Assembly: GCF_006345805.1 (NCBI RefSeq)
Contig: NC_043002.1
Span: forward strand, 61,318,001-61,382,000
DNA from: Octopus sinensis
Lineage: Eukaryota
Direction of reading: 5' to 3'
Length of the DNA: 64,000 bases
A model generated the notes under the pieces. That model worked only from the letters and a program-made list of their open reading frames with translations. It did not search any database and was not told the DNA's origin. Within the stretch, counting starts at the first letter, position 1. Every line of letters begins with the position of its first letter. Positions 24,930-37,029 of the stretch are shown here, in pieces. The translations under genes and the position numbers were made by a program.

Positions 24930-25390
24930 GGTGTTAAAACACTAAGGCATTGACCGTTTCAAAGACTTAAGCAGAGAGGCAGCAGCTTTGTTTTGTAAGA
25001 AAATTAAGTTTGTTGTGTTTGATGGACCACAGATTAAGTGGTTATTGCAGGACTAGCAGTTATCGCAGATCATATCTGGCGTTGAAAAAGAAGAATGTAG
25101 TGTGTTTGCAGCAGTTATGTCTAAATTTCTGGGAAACAGGAAGTTACCAATTAATGAAGAACTTGTGCAGACGCTGTCAAACAGTTTTCGAGCGTTAGGC
25201 TGCAACATTATGCAAACATGCATTTCCTGCACTGTTATATCGACCACTTCCTTGAAAATCATAGTGAAATATGTGATGATCAAAGAGATAGATTTCACCA
25301 GGATATTAAGACCAAGGAGACTAAATATCAAGGCAGGTAGATGATGGCTGACCATTGCTCTTCTCTACAAAGAAATTGTCTTGATGTAAG
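24930..25390 (+). mobile_element. Chapaev (CMC)-like transposase C-terminal relic
   Basis: Pieces across frames read FDGPQIK, KFLGNRK, LGCNI, RFHQDIKTKETKYQGR and MMADHC, matching the GPQI / FLGN / LGCNMS / ERFHQDI / YQG / MMADYCW motif series I recall for Chapaev3 transposases. Confidence 0.6.
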
Positions 25391-25912
25391 TTATGCACGG
25401 AATATAGCAAACAGAAAGTTCATTTCTTGAGTAGCTGAATTTATCGTAAGATAAATAAATATTTCTTAAACAATAACAAGTACTAATTGGTTTGTGTTAG
25501 TTTCTTATTTCAATATTACATTTAATGGCAAAATGGACATTACTATTTTTTGTATTGTACAATATAATTCCTGTTTAACAAAGACTTGGCACGATAGAAC
25601 ATTTCTAGGGAATTTCTATGTTCACCAACATGAAATTAGCTAGGACTAATTGTAAAAATTGTAGACGCAAAACGACAGAAAGTATTTACGAGAATGTTCT
25701 GCAAAGTTATCGGTAAAATAATAAAAGCAGCTAGCCCGCTCTATTACTTACGGACATACAATCCAATTGTGGCTATTCAGCGGGTAAGATGTTGACGCAA
25801 TAGAAGAAAATCGAATATTGTTTGACATGTGCATATGCCAGTTTTAGTCTACATCAAGTGAAAAGGCAAACTCAATATGAATAATGTTCAAAATTGTTCC
25901 CCTGTGTAATGA

Positions 25913-26815
25913 TCATATTTTCTGTTCTAAATTATATACATCATCTCTCTTTGGTATTTCCTTTTTCAGACAAACTGACATCAAATTCCCACGAAAAATC
26001 TTGCTTGGTATGAAATATAACATAAAGTTAATACAATTATTAACCATAGAAAATACGTCTAATAAAAGTAAAGTTCCGTTAAACGTGCAATATCTAAGTA
26101 ATATTACATATGCGTATATAGTTATAGGAAATTTTGTCAACAAAAATACAACATTTATAGAAATAACAATGTAAATTATATTCCTGTTTTGAGTGGTAAC
26201 ATTTTTCTGACGTTGTTGACCGAGCTGTGGTCGATCGTGTAATATATAAATGAAGATAACGGAGCTTATAATCAAAAATACCGCTGGTATTAACGAATAA
26301 AGAGTAATTGAAAACAGGTAAATATATAACGGATTCTGTAATATGTATGCTGCGCAGAAGAATACTATAGATATAAACAGAAGAAGACTAAACAACACAA
26401 GTTTTGGAATATATTCTTTCGTAGAGAGATGCCGGGAAAATGGACAGCAAACAGCTAAAAGGCGTTCAGCAGAAATGGCGATGATTATCCAGGAGGAATA
26501 GATAGTTACAATAATAGTCAGACATCTGAAGGTTTCAGAGTTTAAGATGTTACGCTTCGTGTGTGGAGATTCCAAATAATAGGATGTCCAAATAAAACGT
26601 GAAAAATTCATCCAGTCCGCAATTAAATCCACAAAAAGAAGCGTCAAAAGGTATGTAGTGATTTTAGATCGACGCACTGCATTTATGCAAAATGTACTAA
26701 TAGCTATTAAGTTACCAAGAGTTCCAAAAGTCAATAATGTTAGGGAACTATAGCGTATAGTTTTAAGGACGACAATACTTGTATTTGTGAAGCTCAAGGT
26801 GCAATTAAACATCAT
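25913..26815 (-). CDS. Single-exon class A GPCR, paralogue 2 (300 aa)
   Basis: ATG at 26815; GTLGN, LLFVD, SSWIIIAISAERLLAVCCPF, SLIP, FLLTKFP, NNCINFMLY and SKIFR; uninterrupted ORF. Confidence 0.93.
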   Translation of the reverse strand: MMFNCTLSFTNTSIVVLKTIRYSSLTLLTFGTLGNLIAISTFCINAVRRSKITTYLLTLLFVDLIADWMNFSRFIWTSYYLESPHTKRNILNSETFRCLTIIVTIYSSWIIIAISAERLLAVCCPFSRHLSTKEYIPKLVLFSLLLFISIVFFCAAYILQNPLYIYLFSITLYSLIPAVFLIISSVIFIYILHDRPQLGQQRQKNVTTQNRNIIYIVISINVVFLLTKFPITIYAYVILLRYCTFNGTLLLLDVFSMVNNCINFMLYFIPSKIFRGNLMSVCLKKEIPKRDDVYNLEQKI

Positions 26816-27049
26816 ATTTTCTGTTTTTCGTCGATGTAATATATAAAGAAATAATGTAAGATTAATAAAATGTAAATAACGAATATGAGATGAGACAATT
26901 TTGGTCTCAGTGATTTCAGTTGTCGTACATAGTTTTCATATTACACATTGGCAATTTCAATAGCTTTTTGGTAAGTTCAATTCACATACATGTCATACTT
27001 TCTCCGTTATGCACAAACATATATATATATATATATATATGTATAAGGG

Positions 27050-27500
27050 TGAAAAGGAACACACGAGTTGATATATATGAAAAAACAAGTAAAAAATAGA
27101 AAATGCTAAAATAATTTTATAGTGAACATTTCAGTACCGGTTTCGGTCATTTTGAGACCTTTTCAACTGTAACGATTAAATAATTAAATTTAGAAAAATT
27201 AGAAGAAAAGTTTTTTAAAAGAATATTTCTATAGTAGTGTTCAGATTTAAGTGGCATTCTGCCTTTCTCTGACTCCCTTGTTTGCACTTGTGTGTTCGAG
27301 GTAGTTGTGAGTTCTTGGTAGGGTAGTAGAGGGAAGGCTGGTGAGGAAAGGGGTGGGAGAATCTGGGAGTGCCCTGATGGTCGTATTTTGAATGGTCAGT
27401 GGCGGCTGGCAGTCTCAGTTCAATTCAGGAGAATATTTATATTGACAGGCTTGTTTATAGAATTAGCGTAGGTGTTATACTAAAAAACATTAGTGACAAA
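27050..27500 (-). mobile_element. Penelope-like pLTR fragment; same family as 32945-33320, 43660-43810 and 54425-54540
   Basis: Shares gaatgccactta...gaacacta...aaatattctt...aatcgttacagttgaaaaggtctcaa...gaaaccggtactgaaatgtt...taaaattattttagcatttt with 33080-33310. Confidence 0.6.
27132..27169 (-). ncRNA. Minimal type I hammerhead ribozyme motif, U3-A8 core variant
   Basis: Minus strand: CAG TTGAAAA GGTC tcaaaat GACC GAAA CCGG TA|CTG; stems I and II pair perfectly; palindromic CCGG loop III. Confidence 0.6.
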
Positions 27501-27515
27501 CTTAAGGGGTAGGGG

Positions 27516-27785
27516 GTGGAGAAGAAGAAGAAGAAGAAGAAGAAGAAGAAGGAGAAGGAGAAGGAGAAGATGACGATGATGGTGATGGTGGTGATGATTA
27601 TGACGACGATGATGATGATAACGATGATGATGAAGAAGAAGAAGAAGAAGGAGGAGAAGGAGAAGATGGTGGTGATGATGGTGGCGATGATGATGATGCC
27701 GATGATGATGATAACGATGATGATGAAGAAGAAGAAGAAGAAGAAGAGAAGAAGAAGAAGAAGAAAAAAAAACAGAGAAGGGAGA
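27516..27785. repeat. Compound (GAA)n/(GAT)n/(GAG)n trinucleotide repeat with internal duplication
   Basis: Read directly. Confidence 0.9.
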
Positions 27786-27899
27786 ATATGAATGGGTGTA
27801 AATATAGCTATGAAGGGGCTAATTAGTAATGGATTCTATGGAGTGTAGTATTTGTGTGTGTATATATATATATTTTTCTTTTATTCTAAAGTTGAGGTA

Positions 27900-28180
27900 T
27901 ATTAATTGTTTGTCGTAGACCCGTTAAGAAGTGGCTTGTATTTTGTAATAAAGAGATTTTCTTTACTTATTCGTTGTCTCGAGGTTGTATCGTCCCTAAA
28001 TTGGTAGAGGGGGAAAATTCTGAAGTTTGGTGTTTTTTTGTTGGCGCAAGTATCTATGTTTTGGCTAAAAGCTATTTTTCTGTTTTGGGGAATTTTTATC
28101 TGGGATCTGTGCAGGGCCATTCGTTTACGCAAACCATTTTTTGTTTGGCCTATGTACTGCTCTTGACACCCGGAGCAGGT
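27900..28180 (-). mobile_element. Penelope-like GIY-YIG endonuclease fragment
   Basis: IYSLTCSGCQEQYIGQTKNGLRKRMALHRSQI...ENLFITKYKPLLN; truncated at a TA/GA microsatellite. Confidence 0.8.
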
Positions 28181-29574
28181 TAGTGAGTATATATATATAT
28201 AAATGGAGAGAGAGATAGAGAGATAGAGAGAAAGAGTTTGTGTGTACGTATGATATACAACTGTAGTTTTCGTGTTTCCGAATACTATCACTTGAAAACG
28301 ATTATATTCACATATACAAATGACATTTCAGAAATAAGATAAAAATTCTCGCTTCTGTTTGAGTTTTAACTAACTTCGATATTTTAACAAGAAACGTAAA
28401 TTGCTGCGATTTAGTTTTATAATTATCTTGTAAACCTTTCTCTAAACAAAAAAGTTTGAAAAAGAATATTTGTATGTGAATCGAAGTGGTCATAAGTTTC
28501 AGCTTCATCTGTGTAGAAGTTCGAAATGTAGATATCCGACATAATACTGATGCTGTAGATATATTTTCCACCAGCTGCTAAGGAATATTAAATCATTGTA
28601 ATGTTGGTGCTAATATTCTGCACCAGATATACATAATCGCGAGTATATAAGTGATATCAGTAATGAAAATAAATACAGCATTCAATATGATCTTGACGAC
28701 GATGATGATTTGTGTACAAATACAGTCATATGATTAATCAATAAATGTTCCAATTTTTCGCTCATGATTAGAATAAATATTGTCACAAGGTGGAGTTGAC
28801 CTGTGTTATAAAGTACTTTGCATTACAGTGTAATCTTACATTAAATTACTGCATGTCAACTGTCAATGAACGAAAGCATTAACGTATTAAATTCTATTCG
28901 TGTACCGACAATAACACATAATTCTGCACGTTCTATATAATGGGTTTGCGTCGAATATCGTAAAAGATCGCTCAACGATAGCAGTGACTAAACGTATGTG
29001 TGTGCGCGCGCGTATATATATATATATATATCAATACACACACATACACACACACATACACAATTCTATAGTAAGAGCAGCATTGACAGTGATTTTCGGC
29101 CTGTACTATATTTGAGTTTATCTCGGATATATGTAATTTCTGCTAACTTTAAATATTCTGTGGAATATGGAGCTCTGTTAAATGATCACGACGTTGTAGT
29201 ATACGTTATGATGGAAAGATATTTTGGAATATATTGATGAAATCTGGAGTAGTGTTAGTGTTCAGATTTCAGTCATGCATGATTTTTAAGCAAATGTGGG
29301 CGGAACTGTTTTTAGAAGTTTCACAAGAGAAAATAGGTTGGAAAAAGATTAGTTGCTCAGCAAATATGCCAGTAGGTTAATTTGTTATTTTTATTTGGAC
29401 AGTAATGGAAAAGGAAAAGTTTTGTTTTGGGGAATGTGAAGGTTACAGTTCAGTCAATTATTTAAGTTTTTCTAATCAAGTGTATTTATTTATGTGCGTT
29501 ATCTTCTAGGTAATTGACACTCTAATGGTTTACAGGAGAATGATTATAGCTGGAATGGGAATAGGTTATTTAAA

Positions 29575-29945
29575 GGCGGCGACGTAGCAGACACGCTAGG
29601 ACAACTTTGCCTCTCATCCTTTGGGGTCGATAAATTAAATACAATTTGCGCTCTGTGGTCGATCTAATCGATAAATTTCGAGCCTTGCGCCTAGAGTAAA
29701 AAAGAATATTTAAAGGCGGTGAGCTGGCAAAAACGTTAGCACGCCGGGCGAAGTGGTTAGCAGTAATTCACCCGTCGACACGTTCTGAGTTCAAATTCCG
29801 CTGAGGGCAACTTTGCCTTTCATCTTTTCGACGTCGATAAATTAAATACCAGTTGTGTACTGGGATGGATCAAAGGATCAAAGCGACTGGCCCCGTCCCT
29901 AAAAATTTCGAGCGGTGTGCCTATAGTAGAAAGGGAATAGATTAT
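29575..29945 (+). mobile_element. Two or three degraded units of the 3446 SINE family
   Basis: aaaggcggtgagctggcaaaaacgttagcacgccgggcg...gagttcaaattcc...tttgcctttcatc. Confidence 0.7.
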
Positions 29946-30947
29946 TTTCCCAGCAGATTTCTTTACTTGTCGTTGGTGTTGTTGAGACGATTTTATCTGT
30001 TTTTTGGGGGAGCAAGTGGGGATCAATCATATAAGATCAATCATATATGAGCTGTACTGATTTAAGTGATTTTTTAGGTCATGATTTTGTTTGCACAGAA
30101 GCTTCTAACGTTCCCAAAATAAATTAGACAGCAGCAAAGATTAGTTGGACAGCGTATTTCTCATTAAAAGTTAATTGTTCCTGATTTTATTTGAGTTCTA
30201 TTTAGAAAATTTAACCTTTGTGATTCAGTGAGAAAGAGGTTATGGGTTACCTCTTATCTATCACTTATTTCGTTCTTAAGATTGTGGCCATGCTGCAGTA
30301 GTGTTCTGGGCAGTGTTAGTCGAACGAATCGACCCAGTTCTTTTGCGTTTAGGCCTGACACTATTCTTGTCGTTCTCTTTTGATCAACCCTTAATTTCCG
30401 GAGACGTAAACACACCAACGCTGGTTGTCAAATGATGGTAGAAGATAAACACAGACATAAAGAGACAAAGTCTCTCTCTCTCCCTCTTACTCACACACAC
30501 ACACACAGAGCTAAATATAGCAGTCAAAATGACTAAACTATAAATTTTGACTGCTGTATTTAGCAGGCCGCTACTACCTGTTAGTACCTCTAATTATCAA
30601 CTGATAATTTTTTACCACTATAGATTTTTTACGCATGCTCTTCCAATGATATTGTTTATACGTGCGTACCTGTGTGTGTGTATGTGTGTCTCTGTGTCAG
30701 TGTGTGTACGTCTAAATATTTGACAACCAGTGTTGGTTTTTTTACGCCCAGGCAAATTATCGCTTCGACAAAAAGACACGGTTGACTGAGTGCTAGGCTT
30801 AAAAATAAGTACTCTGGATAATTTGTTCGAAAATGATTGAAGGATATTACCCCAGAATGGGAGCAGTCCAATGTCTAAAACAAGTAAACAATTAAAGCTA
30901 TACATGCATATCTGATGTATAACATTATATATATACATACATATATA

Positions 30948-32239
30948 CGAGGGGCGTTCAATAAGTAATGCCCCTAACCTACTTCCCATAGTAGTAGAGC
31001 AACGAAACTTGGCACAGTTATTAGTCTTTTTCGACATAGGAATCACCCAGAGTTACGCATTTCTCCCATCGTTTGATGCAGCGATGGAGACCGTTTTTGT
31101 AGAAGACCCCAGCTTGGTCCTCCAACCACGACGTGACTTTAGAAATCAAGGCTGCATTATCTGTGAAATGCTTTCCTTTCAAAAACAACTTCATGGCTGG
31201 GAAGAGGTGAAAATCAGAGGGTGCAAGGTCAGGAGCGTAGGGGGGATGGGGGAGGAGTTCATAGCAGCACGCCTGTGCTTCTGATCTGGCGACACGCGAG
31301 TTGTGGACCGGAGCGTTGTGCTGCAGGAGGAGGATGCCTTTGCTGATCTTGCCCCACCTCTTGATTTTGATAGCTTCTCTTAATTTCCTCAAAAGTGAAG
31401 CATAATAGGCTCCTGTAATAGTGGTACTTTTTGTCAGGAAATCTGTCATCACTACTCCGTCCTGGTCCCAGAAGACTGTGAGCATGACCTTGCCAGCGGA
31501 GGGCTGCACCCTTGCCTTCTTTGGAGGAGGTGCGTCACAGTGCTTCCACTGCATTAACTGGGCTTTGGTCTCTGAATCATAGTGATGGACCCAGGTTTCA
31601 TCCTGTGTAATCAGTCTTTTGATAAATTTTGATTCATCTTCTTGGCACATCCCTAAGTTTATCCTCGAGCACTCGACGCGTTCTTGCTTCTGGAAAGGTG
31701 TGAGCAACCTGGGAATCTATCTGGCAGACACCTTTTGCATATGCAAATGGTCATGAATGATAGTTTCCACAGACCCGGTACTAATCTTGACCTCATGGGC
31801 TATTTGGCGAATAGTTATGCATCGCTCTTCCAAAATGGCAGCCTCAACTTGACGGACAGATGCCTCATCAATGGCAGGAGGGGGTGACCAGATCTGGGAG
31901 CTGTTTCCACAGAGTTCCGACCATGATTGAATTCACGATGCCAACGTTTTACAAGGTCATATGATGGGGCATCATCACCATAAGTTACTTTCATTTCATC
32001 AAAATTCTCCTGTGGTGTGCGTCCTTTCAAATACAAAAACCGGATCACTGCTCGACACTCAACAGGCTCCATTTCACACTTGACTCAGTTCAAACACCTG
32101 TAAATTGGAAACCACAATTAGCTCAGAACTGTAATTTGCCACGTAATCTATAAAAATACAAATAATTGCACATGCAAAATTTCAGCTAGATCAAACAACT
32201 ACAAGTGGGTCAGAGGCATTACTTATTGAACGTCCCTCG
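30948..32239 (-). mobile_element. Full-length mariner (DD34D) element, 1292 bp, defective transposase
   Basis: TIRs cgaggggcgttcaataagtaatgcc / ggcattacttattgaacgtccctcg with TA on both sides. ORFs 31815-32072 and 31021-31707 contain ITQDETWVHHYD and YAPDLAPSDFHLF. The second catalytic Asp is mutated (LLQHNA vs QDNA in copy 2), spacing is 34, and the frame is broken. Confidence 0.95.
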
Positions 32240-32264
32240 TATATATATATATATATATATATAA

Positions 32265-32562
32265 TTTAAGGGACTGACCACTAAAAGTGGACAGTCAATA
32301 TGCTAGATATAGACGTCAAAATCGATATTTCCACGAAGAATATGTTCTCAAGAAAAAACTCAGCACAAACATTAACAAGTGAAACTAATCGGTACATAGG
32401 TAATCGTTTTTTATTTCGTATATTTTCATTTGTCTTGCTTATTTTTTACCCTTTGGTTTTGTGCAGAGTTTTTTCTTGAGAACACATTCTTCGTGGAAAA
32501 TAGCGATTTTGACGTCTATATCTAGCATATTGACTGTCCACTTTTAGTGGTCAGTCCTTTAA
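32265..32562. repeat. Fold-back repeat (arms about 110 bp, spacer about 85 bp) between (TA)n runs
   Basis: ttaagggactgaccactaaaagtggacagtcaatatgctagatatagacgtcaaaatcg matches its reverse complement at 32507-32562. Confidence 0.9.
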
Positions 32563-32568
32563 ACTTTG

Positions 32569-32605
<37 letters not shown>

Positions 32606-32811
32606 CATATATATATACTCTGTTATTTATTTCTGTCATTTGACTGCTGTCATGGGGGTGCACCATCTTTAGTGGAACAAAATTTCCTTTTGCCGAACTA
32701 CTAAGTTAAGGGGATGTAAACACACCAAGATCGGTTGACAAGCGATGGTGAGAGAAACAAATACAGAGAGGGCAAATACAAATACACACAATCAGACCCC
32801 GCCCCTATATA

Positions 32812-32912
<101 letters not shown>

Positions 32913-32944
32913 TATATATATATAATATATATATATACATATAT

Positions 32945-33320
32945 ATATGAAAAAACAAATCAAGATAGAAAATGCTAAAATAATTTATAAAGAACATTTC
33001 AGTACCGGTTTCAGTCATTTGAAACGTTTCCAACTGTAACGAGTAAATAATTAAATTAAGAGGTCGAACCCACAAGTGTAAACAAGAGAGACAGAGAAAG
33101 GCAGAAACAAGGAAAATGCCACTTATATTTGAACACTATACAAATATTCTTTTAAAAAAACTTTTCTTTTAATTTTTCTAAATTTAATTAATTAATCGTT
33201 ACAGTTGAAAAGGTCTCAAATGACTGAAACCGGTACTGAAATGTTCTTTATAAAATTATTTTAGCATTTTCTATCTTGACTAGTTTTTTCACATATATCA
33301 CTCGTGTGTTCCTTTTCATC
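32945..33320. mobile_element. Penelope-like pLTR with inverted duplication (arms about 32948-33058 and 33180-33290)
   Basis: Arms are reverse complements; the plus arm carries an intact hammerhead motif and the minus arm a degenerate one. Confidence 0.7.
33202..33238 (+). ncRNA. Minimal type I hammerhead ribozyme motif, U3-A8 core variant (copy 2)
   Basis: CAG TTGAAAA GGTC tcaaat GACT GAAA CCGG TA|CTG; stem II closes with a G-U pair. Confidence 0.55.
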
Positions 33321-33338
33321 CTATACACACACACACCA

Positions 33339-33441
<103 letters not shown>

Positions 33442-34571
33442 TACCACATGATTCTAAATTTCTGTCTATCAAATCCATTCACAAGGCTCTGGTTGGCTCG
33501 AGGCGAAAGTAGGTGGCACTTGACCAAGGTTACCCGCAGTGGGACTGAACCCTTACCACAGAGGCACTCTCTGTACATACATAATTTGGGCGGGGAAACA
33601 TGTACGATATCCGTTTATGTCACTTTAGACTTCTATGTTCCTTCTACAATTTCTTCTACCTATTTTATTCATTTAAGCAGTGGAGGTTCTGTAATCAACC
33701 AAATGATCCATTGTATTTACTACGACACAGAACAATATTTTTTTCTTTTTTACTAAGAGATGGATCCTCTGAAAATTTTTAACTCTAGAAAATTAGGAAA
33801 ACGTGGTGTTTTATTCAATCGAAACACATATTTGAAGATATTTTTCATCATGAAGCTCGATAACGTATATCATTTATTATGTATAATTCATTTAATCGCA
33901 GGGAGTATAGAGGCGGCTCGAACTAGGAACCAAAATATCTGTGGAAGATTTTAACATATTTTGTACATATATCACTATTGCCTACGCTTCGTTTACACTG
34001 ATTAAAAGCAAGCAGGTGCAAGTGGGTAATGAGAAACTGTAAAAGTCAAGAGAAAGAGATAGTGAAAAAAAGAGAGAGAGAGAGAGTCAGAGAAAGACAG
34101 ACAGACAGTGAGGGCTGGAAGAAAGAGAGGGAGAGAGAGATGGGTCGCGGGAGCAACATCAACATAAATGTTTCTCGGTATAAATCTGAAAATTAACATG
34201 GCAAACAGTTATAAACTATTTTCTATACGGTGACATCATGTGTAAAAGGTGATGTAAAAAATAGTGTGCCGCGAATTATAGAAACATTAGATATAGCCTT
34301 CAGATTTCTATAATGATTTTTCCAGTAAAGGAATCTTACAATATTAGCATACATTCTGAATATATGTCAAGGAATTTATAGTATATTTAATTAACATTCA
34401 TACACTCTCTTTATTCCGGAATATTTTGCCAAAGACATTTAATGTTTAAATAAATATTTATTATAAAATTCGCTTGTAATATCAAATATATGTATATACT
34501 TATACTGTTGTTTGCTAAAGTCAAGTGAATGTAGCACTACGAGGTATATTCTATACAATTTATTATACATT

Positions 34572-34630
<59 letters not shown>

Positions 34631-35249
34631 TATTATATATATATATATATATTATATATATATACATAACAAAGTGAAGTCGTAAGGTACCGCACGAGTG
34701 GAATTATATATGAAAGAAGGTTTGAAATTGCAATTTCAAAAGATGTTTATTCACTTGACCGGTTTCACTTTTTTCAGAAAAAGATTGTCAAAAGTAACAT
34801 GTAAAAGCTTTGTTGTGTTAGGTACTGGTTGCCAGAAAATATTACAATACATATATACATTCTTTGATAATAATAAGAAAATGTTAAAAACAGTTTACAG
34901 AAAAAATCTTGAGAAATTATTAAAAAGTTCATAAATATTATTAGGATTTCCTTAGAAACTACCAAAATATGACCTGTTCGAACTTATAATTTTCTGTGTA
35001 TATATATAGATACTTCCAAACATACATGATAGCTAATGAAATCCTAATAATATTTTTGCATATTTGATATATATATGTGTGTGTATGTGTGCGCGCGCAC
35101 GAGTATCTGTCTTTGTGTATCTGTATCTGTTGGTATATATGTGTGTATGGATGTTTGTGTGTGTGTGAGGGTATGTATGTGTGTGTATGTGTGACGTGGA
35201 TTTCAACGAGCTTTAGCATCCGCTCGTTAAATGTTTCACGATAGTTTGC

Positions 35250-36130
35250 CAGTCCATTTGTGATGGTTGTATAAGAGATTTCAAATCAGATCAGGTTTAG
35301 ACTTCCTTGAGTTTTGTCTAGATAAAGACGATCTGCCTTTGCCTTTGGATTGTGTATCTTATTGCAAGTTAGCAGCTTATGATTATTTCCTGTCAATCTC
35401 GTTTATTTCGCTCATATTCCAGTTCAATACATCGAAAATGTTAATAACAACTGTAACTGTTAATGAATTTATAACTAACACCTTGTTATGTGCATTTAAT
35501 TCGGATTTTAGGACTGCTCGAACTCTACTGTAACATTCATCCCGAATTTCTCATTCATACTTGCATGCTGAATGCCAGATACCTAATTTATTCCGAGGTA
35601 TTTGTAAGTTTGTTACAGCTCGAATGCATTGATGACTTTGTCAACACCCATTACCACAGAATGTGAAGTCTTCAGATTCCATTTCTGGAAAGTGGCCTCG
35701 GCACATTTATCAAGACCAAATTCCATCCCAAACGTCATCATTTAATGCTGTCACAATACGTAGTAATTAGTCATTTAAGCTCATTATCGTCTTTGCCACA
35801 TAGTTTAAAGTCATCCATATCAAGTAGAGGAGTTATTTTCTTGTCACTAACTTTATACCCACACGCTGTTCTCTTCAATTCACTTGTAAGGGCTATTCAA
35901 AATATTAAAGAGGAAAGTGAATCACCTTGGAAAATGCTACAGTTGATATTAATATTTATACAGTAGTATAATTAGAGATACATTAGAGATACACATTCCA
36001 CACTGACATGTGCTTCAGGAAGTTTGAAATCACAGAAGAAATTTTGAAGATATCCAGTGACTTCAAGATTCATGAATGTGGTATGCTATCAAAGGCCTTT
36101 TTATAATCAATTGATGCAGAAATGAAATTA
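35250..36130 (-). mobile_element. R4/Dong-like retrotransposon RT fragment (old, many stops)
   Basis: Minus-strand pieces IDYKKAFDSIPHS, GDSLS, DMDDFKLCGKDDNEL and LNWNMSEINEIDRK. Confidence 0.7.
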
Positions 36131-36247
36131 ATATTGTTGTTGTTGTTAACTTTGTTATTGTTGATATTCTTCTTCTTCTTCTTCTTCTTCTTCTTCTTCT
36201 TCTTCTTCTTCTTCTTCTTCTTCTTCTTCTTCTTCTTCTCATTATTG

Positions 36248-36336
<89 letters not shown>

Positions 36337-36344
36337 TATTGATT

Positions 36345-37008
36345 TGCACAACTTCTAATGCTGGAGATGCACTACAGTGGCCAGCTGTTCACTACAAGTG
36401 AACTAAGGTAACAACTCTTATTTTTCGAGCACCATCCGGAGTATTCGAGTGGTTCCAAGAAGTGCTGTTTTCTGCACGTTCTCCACCCTTATTGCAGCCC
36501 CTATTTGTTCCATATACTTCTCGAGATGTTTACTGTTCCCAGGGCTCCGACAATTACTGCTACTACTACCACCCTTTTCATCGACTACAACTGCTTAACC
36601 TCACAAGCTAACCCGTTATATATTTCCACTGTTCTTTCTTCCTTTTCGCATATCTTGTTGTCAGGTGGGCATATTATATATATGATCCAGCATCGATTGC
36701 TTTCTTATTCAATTAATACTGTTTGGTTTCCTATCCTCTATCTCATGGTCACACTTAATCATAAAATCATTGCATTATCATTTTTGATGATGCCTTTATG
36801 TTAGTACCAATTTTTCGTACCAATCTGTCAAGTCCGTACTTGTTACAAAGTGCAGCAATGCACAGTCATTTCTATATTGTCATGACGTCTCTTATATTCT
36901 TTCTCGGCTAGTGGTGTACATTGACTTGTAATATACCATACATTTTCACCATTTTGCCCACATTTTCTGATGTGTTGTCTATTCTCTATTTTATGTAGTT
37001 GCTTCAAT
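36345..37008 (-). mobile_element. R4/Dong-like 3' fragment (Zn finger + RLE + 3' UTR) ending in (TAA)n
   Basis: CTPLAEKEYKRRHDN; terminal VQKTALLGTTRILRMVLEK*; short UTR followed by (TAA)n at 36240-36340. Confidence 0.75.
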
Positions 37009-37029
37009 ATTATTATTATTATCATTCAG

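Noticed and set aside
28530-28720. Hydrophobic minus-strand frame (IIIVVKIILNAVFIFITDITY) as a GPCR pseudogene TM6
   Set aside because: No ER, GN or NFxxY motifs were recoverable nearby and AT-rich DNA yields such frames by chance; a tBLASTn with the four receptors would settle it.
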